Virus genome (UHGV): UHGV-0216266
Origin: a virus
Length of the DNA: 20,975 nt
Reading direction: 5' to 3' (one strand)
The number at the start of each line of letters is the position of its first letter. Position 1 is the stretch's first letter. Of the stretch, positions 7,932-14,993 are shown one piece after another. Both the position numbers and the translations under genes were made by a program. Below the pieces are notes generated by a model. That model was not told the DNA's origin. It did not search any database and was given only the letters and a program-made list of their open reading frames with translations.

Positions 7932-8990
7932 TTACGCTCCGGCTTCTGCTGCAGCGGCGCTGAAATCGCCAATCTGGATGTTTTCCACCAGTGCGGCGCA
8001 GCGGTAGTCCTCAACCACATAGGCTTCGTTAACGGATTCAAAGTTTTCAATCCGGTCACGTTTCGGGTTGTCGATAACTGAACGGCGGCGGGTGTCTTCC
8101 TGCCAGTAGATGGACAGGTTATCCAGACGGGTGATTAGCAACGCATTCGGCGGGAAGAACGGCGCACGCACGGCCTGCAGGCCACCCATGCGTTTCTGAC
8201 TGATGATCATATCGGCAGCCAGTTTTTCACTGTTTTCCTGCTCTTTGTTGACCAGCGGGAAATACTTGTCAGACAGCAGTTCACGCCCGCAAATAACCAC
8301 CAGATCGTCATCGTCCTGGTAAACCACGTCGATAAGCTCATTGACGGCATCCATCACTACGGCGTCCAGGTTGGCATATTCGCCACCTTTCCCGACTTTC
8401 ACCGCACCCGGTGTAGTTTCACCGCCCGTGGTGGTGCTGCCCATGACGTGATCCGGTGCATCCTCACGGATTTTCTGCAGCCAGCCTTTATTCACATCCT
8501 GCAGCAGCGGGTTTTCGCTACGGTTGGAGGTTTTCGCACGCTTCACGCCGTTAAAGCCGATCATGATGCGGTCCAGTGCCTGACGTTTCACGATGGCGTC
8601 ACGGATACGCACCTGGAAATCCTGAAACTTCGCCCACAGGTCCAGCTTCGCGTAGGTCAGCACCGTGTCAAAGTTGGTCTGCTCGCATTTATATTCCACA
8701 TCGACCATCAGCGTCGGATCGACAGGTTCACGCTCTTTCGCGGTGGTATCAGTGGTTCCGGCAATGGTGCTGCCAACACCCAGCCCCAGCAACTGACCGG
8801 ACTGCTCAGTCACTGGCGTGACGTTAATCAGTGTCAGGAAAGCGGCGGACTGCTGGATCTGGTCTTCCAGCGTCTGCTGCACGGACGGTTCGACGGTGAA
8901 CTTGCTGGACAGTTCTTCAACTGCAACACCGTTCAGACGCGCCAGCTGCTGCAGGTAAGCGTTAAAAGCAAAGCGGGTATTCTTCTTCAT
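7932..8990 (-). CDS. N: Major capsid protein (P2 gpN-like)
   Basis: 352-aa ORF (P2 N is ~357 aa by memory), ATG at 8988-8990. Follows scaffold gene O. Confidence 0.8.
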   Translation of the reverse strand: MKKNTRFAFNAYLQQLARLNGVAVEELSSKFTVEPSVQQTLEDQIQQSAAFLTLINVTPVTEQSGQLLGLGVGSTIAGTTDTTAKEREPVDPTLMVDVEYKCEQTNFDTVLTYAKLDLWAKFQDFQVRIRDAIVKRQALDRIMIGFNGVKRAKTSNRSENPLLQDVNKGWLQKIREDAPDHVMGSTTTGGETTPGAVKVGKGGEYANLDAVVMDAVNELIDVVYQDDDDLVVICGRELLSDKYFPLVNKEQENSEKLAADMIISQKRMGGLQAVRAPFFPPNALLITRLDNLSIYWQEDTRRRSVIDNPKRDRIENFESVNEAYVVEDYRCAALVENIQIGDFSAAAAEAGA

Positions 8991-9006
8991 CGGGTTTTGT
9001 GCTCCA

Positions 9007-9840
9007 TCAGCAATTGGTCAGAGTGTCAGCGGGGGCGTTACCGCCTGTTGCACGCTGGCGGTAGTCCTGGCGGCTGTCTTCATGACTCAGCTTATCCACC
9101 AGTTCGTTAAAGGCGGCTTGTTGTGCCTGCAGGGCAGTCTCCATCTCAGACAGGCGTTCTTCCTGCTCAGACAGGAATTTTTCGGTGCGCGTGCTCAGGT
9201 TTTGCTGCTCAGTGGCGACCAGTTCCACGGCCTTATGCACATCAGAGAACCGTGCATCATCGGACTGCTCTTTTTTGGTGAACAGCGCCGTGACGCGGGC
9301 AAACAGGGACGGCTTGTCCTCCTGGACTTCTTCCAGTTCGATCACCGTTTCCTCTGCAGCGGTAAAAAGATTGGCGGGATTCTGCTTGCGGTTTGCCAGC
9401 GGGTTATGGGCTGCACTGGCGCTGAATGTCAGCATTTCCGTACCCAGACTGGCGGGATCATCAGTGGCAGCCAGGCCGACCAGGTAGGCTTTGCCCGTAT
9501 CAGCAAACTTCGGGCTGACTTCCATAGAGGTGAATAATTTCTGGCCTTTTTTCACCAGTTCCACCAAGGACTCCGTTGGCTCAACGTCGGCATACAGTGC
9601 CATCTTGCCTGCCAGCGGACCTTCCGTGATTTCTTCAGCAAACAGCGCCGTCACCTTGCCGTAGCGGTTAAAGGTGCTGTCCGGAAGATAAGACTTGATG
9701 TGCTCAAGGTTAATCAGCGCGGTGTACACCGCCGGATTGTAGCTGGCTGCCATCTGTTCCAGCCATTCACGCTGGATTTCGCGTCCGTCGGTAGTGGCAC
9801 CTTCCACCCCGATGCGAAAACGCTTTGCTTTCACTGTCAT
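9007..9840 (-). CDS. O: Capsid scaffolding protein (P2 gpO-like)
   Basis: 277-aa ORF, ATG at 9838-9840 with a GGAG Shine-Dalgarno. Acidic, coiled-coil-rich C-terminal half. Divergent from P across a 142-bp intergenic region. Confidence 0.8.
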   Translation of the reverse strand: MTVKAKRFRIGVEGATTDGREIQREWLEQMAASYNPAVYTALINLEHIKSYLPDSTFNRYGKVTALFAEEITEGPLAGKMALYADVEPTESLVELVKKGQKLFTSMEVSPKFADTGKAYLVGLAATDDPASLGTEMLTFSASAAHNPLANRKQNPANLFTAAEETVIELEEVQEDKPSLFARVTALFTKKEQSDDARFSDVHKAVELVATEQQNLSTRTEKFLSEQEERLSEMETALQAQQAAFNELVDKLSHEDSRQDYRQRATGGNAPADTLTNC

Positions 9841-9918
9841 GAGCCGTGCTCCGTTAGAAAAAACTTACTGGAGCCTTATGGTTACGGTGATGGGGGCAGT
9901 GAAACAATGCGCGGTATT

Positions 9919-9936
9919 TGTACCGACAACCACACA
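9919..9936. promoter_or_regulatory. TGT-N12-ACA dyad in the O/P divergent late-promoter region
   Basis: TGT at 9919-9921 and ACA at 9934-9936, the only such dyad inside the 142-bp O-P intergenic region. Its centre is ~87 nt from the O ATG and ~55 nt from the P ATG. Arm symmetry is weak beyond TGT/ACA, so a chance match is possible. Confidence 0.3.
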
Positions 9937-9982
9937 AACCGCAGGCGGGGAAAGCCTTCATTCAAGGCTGTAGGTTTGTGCC

Positions 9983-11749
9983 ATGAACACCACACTGACA
10001 CCCGCAGATCTCGATCCCCGTCGGCAGGCCATGCTGCTGTACTTTCAGGGATACCGCGTAGCCCGCATTGCTGAAATGCTGGGCGAGAAAGTTGCAACCG
10101 TTCACAGCTGGAAAAAACGCGACAAGTGGGGTGACTATGGGCCGCTGGATCAGATGCAGCTCACCACCGCCGCACGCTACTGCCAGCTCATTATGAAGGA
10201 GCACAAAGAAGGGAAAGATTTCAAAGAGATTGACCTGCTGGCGCGCCAGTCTGAGCGCCACGCGCGGATCGGCAAGTTTAACAATGGCGGCAACGAATCC
10301 GACTTAAACCCTAACGTCGCCAACCGCAACAAAGGCCCACGCCGTCAGCCGGAAAAGAATGTTTTCACCGATGAGCAGATTGAGAAGCTGGAAGAAATCT
10401 TCCATTCCTCCATGTTCAACTACCAGCGCCACTGGTGGGAAGCCGGAAAAACCAACCGCATCCGCAACCTGCTGAAGTCACGCCAGATCGGCGCGACCTT
10501 TTACTTTGCCCGTGAAGCCCTGATTGACGCCCTGCTGACCGGACGTAACCAGATTTTCCTTTCCGCCAGCAAGGCACAGGCCCACGTCTTTAAGCAGTAC
10601 ATCATCGACTTCGCCAAAGAAGTGGAGGTGGAGTTGAAAGGCGATCCGATGGTGCTTCCTAACGGGGCCACGCTTTACTTCCTCGGCACCAATGCCCGCA
10701 CGGCCCAGAGTTATCACGGCAACCTGTATCTGGATGAATATTTCTGGATACCGAAATTCCAGGAGCTGCGCAAAGTGGCTTCCGGTATGGCTATTCACAA
10801 GAAATGGCGACAAACCTATTTTTCCACGCCATCCAGCCTGACACACAGTGCTTATCCGTTCTGGTCCGGTGCGCTATTCAACCGTGGGCGCAACAAAGCA
10901 GATAAGGTGGACATCGACCTGTCCCACAGCAATCTGGCCCCCGGCCTGCTGTGCGCAGATGGGCAATACCGCCAGATTGTCACCGTGGAAGATGCAGTGC
11001 GCGGCGGATGTAACCTGTTCGACCTCGATCAGTTACGCATGGAGTACAGCCCGGACGAATACCAGAACCTGCTGATGTGCGAGTTTGTGGACGATCTCGC
11101 GTCTGTGTTCCCACTCAGCGAGCTGCAGGCGTGCATGGTGGACAACTGGGAAGTCTGGACCGACTTTCATGCACTGGCACTGCGCCCATTTGGCTGGCGC
11201 GAAGTGTGGATCGGTTATGACCCGGCGAAAGGTACGCAGAACGGCGACAGTGCCGGATGCGTGGTGGTGGCACCGCCAGCCGTGCCGGGCGGCAAGTTCC
11301 GCATTCTTGAGCGTCACCAGTGGCGCGGGATGGACTTTCGCGCCCAGGCTGACGCCATCAAAAAACTGACCGAACAGTACAACGTGACCTATATCGGCAT
11401 CGACTCAACCGGCGTTGGTCACGGGGTTTATGAGAACGTGAAAGCGTTCTTTCCTGCCGTCCGGGAGTTTGTCTACAACCCCAACGTTAAAAACGCCCTG
11501 GTACTCAAGGCCTACGACATTATCAGCCACCGCCGTCTGGAGTTTGACGCCGGGCACACCGACATTGCGCAGTCATTCATGGCAATCCGTCGCGCCACCA
11601 CCGCCAGTGGCAACCGCCCGACCTATGAAGCCAGCCGCAGCGAAGAAGCCAGCCATGCCGATCTGGCCTGGGCAACGATGCACGCACTGTTTAACGAACC
11701 GCTGCAGGGCGAATCCGCCAATACCAGCAATATTGTGGAGATTTTTTGA
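9983..11749 (+). CDS. P: Terminase large (ATPase) subunit (P2 gpP-like)
   Basis: 588-aa ORF (P2 P is ~590 aa by memory), ATG at 9983-9985. Its TGA stop overlaps the Q ATG (TGATG). Confidence 0.85.
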   Translation: MNTTLTPADLDPRRQAMLLYFQGYRVARIAEMLGEKVATVHSWKKRDKWGDYGPLDQMQLTTAARYCQLIMKEHKEGKDFKEIDLLARQSERHARIGKFNNGGNESDLNPNVANRNKGPRRQPEKNVFTDEQIEKLEEIFHSSMFNYQRHWWEAGKTNRIRNLLKSRQIGATFYFAREALIDALLTGRNQIFLSASKAQAHVFKQYIIDFAKEVEVELKGDPMVLPNGATLYFLGTNARTAQSYHGNLYLDEYFWIPKFQELRKVASGMAIHKKWRQTYFSTPSSLTHSAYPFWSGALFNRGRNKADKVDIDLSHSNLAPGLLCADGQYRQIVTVEDAVRGGCNLFDLDQLRMEYSPDEYQNLLMCEFVDDLASVFPLSELQACMVDNWEVWTDFHALALRPFGWREVWIGYDPAKGTQNGDSAGCVVVAPPAVPGGKFRILERHQWRGMDFRAQADAIKKLTEQYNVTYIGIDSTGVGHGVYENVKAFFPAVREFVYNPNVKNALVLKAYDIISHRRLEFDAGHTDIAQSFMAIRRATTASGNRPTYEASRSEEASHADLAWATMHALFNEPLQGESANTSNIVEIF

Positions 11750-12783
11750 TGGGAAAGAGTAAGAAGAACCGCGCTGCGGCGACGAAACAGATCCAGCTTA
11801 AAAGTCAAACTACAGCCGAAGCATTCAGCTTCGGCGATCCCGTTCCTGTTCTGGACCGCCGAGAATTACTGGACTATGTGGAATGCGTACAGATGGACCG
11901 TTGGTATGAGCCGCCCGTCAGCTTTGACGGACTGGCGCGCACCTTCCGCGCTGCAGTGCATCACAGTTCCCCGATTGCAGTAAAGTGCAACATTCTGACC
12001 AGTACCTACATCCCTCACCCGCTGCTCAGCCAGCAGGCTTTTTCGCGTTTTGTGCAGGACTATCTGGTATTTGGCAATGCCTATCTGGAGAAACGCACGA
12101 ACCGCTTCGGTGAAGTGATCGCCCTTGAACCTGCGCTGGCAAAATACACCCGACGCGGATTAGACCTGGATACCTACTGGTTTGTGCAATACGGTATGAC
12201 AACCCAGCCGTATCAGTTCACGAAAGGCAGCATTTTTCATCTGATGGAACCGGATATTAATCAGGAGATCTACGGCCTGCCCGGTTATCTTTCTGCCATT
12301 CCGTCAGCCCTGCTCAACGAGTCCGCCACGCTGTTCCGCCGTAAGTATTACATCAACGGCAGCCATGCAGGCTTCATCATGTATATGACTGACGCCGCGC
12401 AGAACCAGGAGGATGTGAACAACCTCCGCAACGCGATGAAAAGCGCCAAAGGTCCGGGCAACTTCCGCAACCTGTTTATGTATTCGCCCAACGGTAAAAA
12501 AGACGGCATCCAGATCATCCCACTGTCTGAGGTTGCAGCAAAGGATGAATTTCTGAACATTAAGAACGTGAGCCGCGATGACATGATGGCAGCACACCGC
12601 GTACCGCCGCAGATGATGGGCATTATTCCTAACAATACCGGCGGCTTTGGTGATGTGGAAAAAGCCAGCCGCGTCTTTGTCCGTAATGAGTTAATACCGC
12701 TACAAAAAAGACTCGAAGAACTAAATGAGTGGTTGGGGGAAAAGGTTATTTCTTTTGAACCATATAAATTTGACATTGAATAA
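11749..12783 (+). CDS. Q: Portal protein (P2 gpQ-like)
   Basis: ATG at 11749-11751 (MGKSKKNRAA..., 344 aa, matching the P2 Q length by memory). The track ORF begins one codon earlier at TTG. Co-oriented with and overlapping P. Confidence 0.85.
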   Translation: MGKSKKNRAAATKQIQLKSQTTAEAFSFGDPVPVLDRRELLDYVECVQMDRWYEPPVSFDGLARTFRAAVHHSSPIAVKCNILTSTYIPHPLLSQQAFSRFVQDYLVFGNAYLEKRTNRFGEVIALEPALAKYTRRGLDLDTYWFVQYGMTTQPYQFTKGSIFHLMEPDINQEIYGLPGYLSAIPSALLNESATLFRRKYYINGSHAGFIMYMTDAAQNQEDVNNLRNAMKSAKGPGNFRNLFMYSPNGKKDGIQIIPLSEVAAKDEFLNIKNVSRDDMMAAHRVPPQMMGIIPNNTGGFGDVEKASRVFVRNELIPLQKRLEELNEWLGEKVISFEPYKFDIE

Positions 12784-12827
12784 AAGAAATAACCACCACC
12801 AGTCACACATTGGTAATGTGTGACTGG

Positions 12828-13373
12828 TTAGCGTCCCAATCTAAAGTTTAATTTTTCTCTTGGAGTCATTGCACGCCCAATAGCCCCATCTAATAAATGA
12901 CTATTTTTCTCTAAATGTTCACGCGCCCATGGCTGTAAGTTGAAAGCAAAACCGTAGATCATATCCCCAACACTGGTGGCTCTATAAGTAATCCCCTTAG
13001 CCACAAGTCCCCCCATGACCCCATCCTCAGGCCCACACATAAGTGAATTAACACCTTCGGTAATATAAGACTTTAAATATCCTTTTTCTTCTGCTGTTAG
13101 CTTCTCAAGGTAGGAAGTGCGTACCTTCTTAGCCTGCCTTTCACCAAGTAAGTCATAGAAAGAGAGATAGACTCTTGCAACTAAATAAGATACAGACAGT
13201 AAAAATGCAGGTCCAATAAAAATCCTATACTCATTACGAAAGCCATCAACAGCCACTTTTACTGCCAAAGAGTCTGGCAGAAAAAGTATAAGACCTAAAA
13301 CACATGTAATAGCCACAAGAAATGCTGCAGGTACTTTTCGAAAAAACTCTGCAACTCCAGTTATAACGTCCAT
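12828..13373 (-). CDS. Hypothetical two-TM membrane protein (accessory gene between portal gene and cos)
   Basis: 181-aa ORF in visibly AT-rich DNA (~37-40% GC on hand-counted lines, against ~55% in flanking phage genes). ATG at 13371-13373 with a GGAGG Shine-Dalgarno 10 nt upstream. Two N-terminal hydrophobic helices (AAFLVAITCVLGLILFL, IFIGPAFLLSVSYLVARVYL) and a ~110-aa soluble C-terminal domain. No family recognised. Confidence 0.6.
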   Translation of the reverse strand: MDVITGVAEFFRKVPAAFLVAITCVLGLILFLPDSLAVKVAVDGFRNEYRIFIGPAFLLSVSYLVARVYLSFYDLLGERQAKKVRTSYLEKLTAEEKGYLKSYITEGVNSLMCGPEDGVMGGLVAKGITYRATSVGDMIYGFAFNLQPWAREHLEKNSHLLDGAIGRAMTPREKLNFRLGR

Positions 13374-13462
13374 TTTGTCTATACCTCCAACAGCGCTAAA
13401 AAGTATTTTGAAATTCTACCTCATAACTATGCCAAAAGCACTGCGTCCCCCATCAGCGCGCG

Positions 13463-13481
13463 CTCGTATCCCCGCCACGCC
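13463..13481 (-). other. Candidate cos (cohesive-end) site
   Basis: The minus strand reads GGCGTGGCGGGGATACGAG. The first 13 nt match the 19-nt cohesive end I recall for phage 186 (GGCGTGGCGGGGAAAGCAT; P2 has GGCGAGGCGGGGAAAGCAC). Orientation points toward Q, as expected. Confidence 0.5.
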
Positions 13482-13526
13482 TGCCCGCTTTATGTAGTGG
13501 TTTTCATGCAGGTGCATAATCTACGC

Positions 13527-13550
13527 AAAAGCCCGCCAGTTCTGGCGGGC
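13527..13550 (-). terminator. GC-rich hairpin (GCCCGCCAG / CTGGCGGGC) with a U4 tail on the minus strand
   Basis: Perfect 9-bp inverted repeat at 13531-13550. The minus-strand transcript would end ...hairpin-UUUUGCG. No U-tract on the plus strand. Confidence 0.4.
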
Positions 13551-13823
13551 CTTAGCAAAAACGATCCTCAAACGATCATGCAATCTCATGCAGCATAGAC
13601 ATGCACAGACGAGTAAAGCGAATCGGACTTTACGCAAGGTGAACTCCTCAGCGGGCATAATCAGTATGTCGGAAGATCTCTAAAAATGAATAATTCGGTT
13701 AACAGGTATGCTTACAAAAGCATATATTTGATTAAAAATCATGTAAGGGGGAGGATCTCAAACTGAATCGCCACGGGTTTTACAAACTTCGATAGTCTCT
13801 CTAACGTTTCGGCTGAGGTCAAA

Positions 13824-14249
13824 ATGAAAAGCTTTTACGTATTAATTTTAATTCTGGTTGCAAGCTTTGTTAGCGTCCCAGTTCAGGCGGTAACAGCTAA
13901 AAACTATGAGAAAGGAACTAAAGCTCAACAGAAATCAATATCTTACCTTTCATGTGCATTCTATGGCAGTAGCACACAATTAGATCCTAGCTACACGGAG
14001 CAAGTACCTACAGCCGATATCAAGATATTACAGAAAGCAGCTTACCACGCTTACAACGATGCGCTCTCATACTTTGGCTATGAGGAACCAGATCACGAAC
14101 AACGCATAATTGATTATGCTGAATTTGTGGCGTCGCAAGAAGCTGTGTTATGGGATAAGCCGGGAATGAATGGAAAGCAGGTAACACTAATTGCTCGTTC
14201 TCTCTACAATGAGAGTAACTGTAACTTGTTACTGGACTCAATTAAGTAG
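13824..14249 (+). CDS. Hypothetical secreted/periplasmic protein (accessory gene at the old/tin-equivalent position)
   Basis: 141-aa ORF in AT-rich DNA. ATG at 13824 with a GAGG Shine-Dalgarno 5 nt upstream. N-terminal signal peptide MKSFYVLILILVASFVSVPVQA with an AXA-type cleavage motif (VQA/VT). Mature ~119 aa with two Cys. Convergent with the DinI-like operon. No family recognised. Confidence 0.6.
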   Translation: MKSFYVLILILVASFVSVPVQAVTAKNYEKGTKAQQKSISYLSCAFYGSSTQLDPSYTEQVPTADIKILQKAAYHAYNDALSYFGYEEPDHEQRIIDYAEFVASQEAVLWDKPGMNGKQVTLIARSLYNESNCNLLLDSIK

Positions 14250-14408
14250 GAAAAAGATGGTATTTTGCCCGTAGTTTCAACCTTAATCTCCAAACCTGTC
14301 GCAGAACGGGCGTTCACTCATCAAATAAACGCCACACCTAACGCCTCACTGTACTCGTTGTTCAACCTTGCTGACGCCAGAAGCAATTTCAGACGCCAGC
14401 AACGTTTC

Positions 14409-14642
14409 TTAATGCAGCCAGCTGTCGTCTTCCCACACCTTCTGCATAATTTTCATCACTTGTTTTCTTTCTTCGTCCAGTTGCAGTCCGGTCAGTTCCA
14501 CACCGTTAGAGCTACCTTTGCGGATACGAATTACCGTTTTGGGATACAGGGGGCGCAGATTGCGGTAAAGCTCGGATTCAAGGGCGTCCAGTGTAGACTG
14601 GCTAATCTTCTGCTCTTTATCGATCATTATTTCAATGCGCAT
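14409..14642 (-). CDS. DinI-family protein (resembles the DinI-like C-terminal part of the 186 Tum antirepressor)
   Basis: ATG at 14640-14642 (MRIEIMIDKEQKISQSTLDALESELYRNLRPLYPKTVIRIRKGSSNGVELTGLQLDEERKQVMKIMQKVWEDDSWLH, 77 aa) with a GAGGTG Shine-Dalgarno. Similar to E. coli DinI (MRIEVTIAK...ETWESADDWFV) as recalled from memory. Confidence 0.7.
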   Translation of the reverse strand: MRIEIMIDKEQKISQSTLDALESELYRNLRPLYPKTVIRIRKGSSNGVELTGLQLDEERKQVMKIMQKVWEDDSWLH

Positions 14643-14652
14643 AAAAGTCACC

Positions 14653-14841
14653 TCAGCTGATGACATCCATTGAGCGGTTGTATTCGTGGGTTCTGATTTT
14701 TGCCATGAGTTCATCTGTCAGTTCAGAAACCCACTGCAGGGCCAGCCCCTTCTCTTCATCACTACACTCACTAGCCGCTACAAGCTTAAGAAAAAAATCA
14801 ATGCGCTGGAGCTTCAAAGACTCCAAAAAATAGTCCTGCAT
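14653..14841 (-). CDS. Small acidic protein, first gene of the LexA-controlled operon (possible Tum N-terminal-like module)
   Basis: 62-aa ORF. ATG at 14839-14841 preceded by GGAGG. Stop 10 nt upstream of the DinI-like start. Directly downstream of the LexA-box promoter. Confidence 0.55.
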   Translation of the reverse strand: MQDYFLESLKLQRIDFFLKLVAASECSDEEKGLALQWVSELTDELMAKIRTHEYNRSMDVIS

Positions 14842-14881
14842 CTTTCCTCCTATAACACCAAAGCAATACTGTATACATAAC

Positions 14882-14925
14882 CACTGTTTATATTTACAGT
14901 ATATAATAATCTTACTGATGTAAAA
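14882..14925 (-). promoter_or_regulatory. SOS (LexA-box) promoter
   Basis: Plus 14882-14901 cactgtttatatttacagta matches the LexA consensus TACTGT(AT)4ACAGTA, with CTGT-N8-ACAG exact at 14884-14899. On the minus strand a -10 TATACT (plus 14898-14903) overlaps the box, and a -35-like TTTTAC (plus 14920-14925) sits 16 nt away. A second half-site CTGT is at 14869-14872. Confidence 0.6.
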
Positions 14926-14993
14926 CGTTTTTTTACGTTCATCGGCCTGATATGCCTGGTATTATTAAGAGCACGAATTGTTAACCCGCGTAA

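Noticed and set aside
9977-9994. A second TGT-N12-ACA dyad overlapping the P start codon
   Set aside because: It lies inside the coding start rather than upstream of a transcript, has no extended arm symmetry, and TGT-N12-ACA is expected several times by chance in 21 kb.
2031-11808. Numerous 60-220-aa ORFs on the strand opposite the structural, lysis and packaging genes (for example 2252-2638, 7599-8081, 8448-9110, 9082-9537, 10478-10846)
   Set aside because: All are fully contained antisense to, or out of frame within, syntenic P2-family genes with coupled start and stop junctions. None has an independent translation signal.
13686-13748. 20-codon ORF (MNNSVNRYAYKSIYLIKNHV) in the cos-proximal intergenic region
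   Set aside because: It has no ribosome-binding site and sits in AT-rich non-coding DNA where short ORFs arise by chance. More likely part of the promoter region of the secreted-protein gene.
14250-14408. Possible terminator between the convergent secreted-protein gene and the DinI-like gene
   Set aside because: Only weak inverted repeats with long loops (GCCCGT...ACGGGC, GGCGTT...AACGCC) and no adjacent U-tracts. Not convincing.
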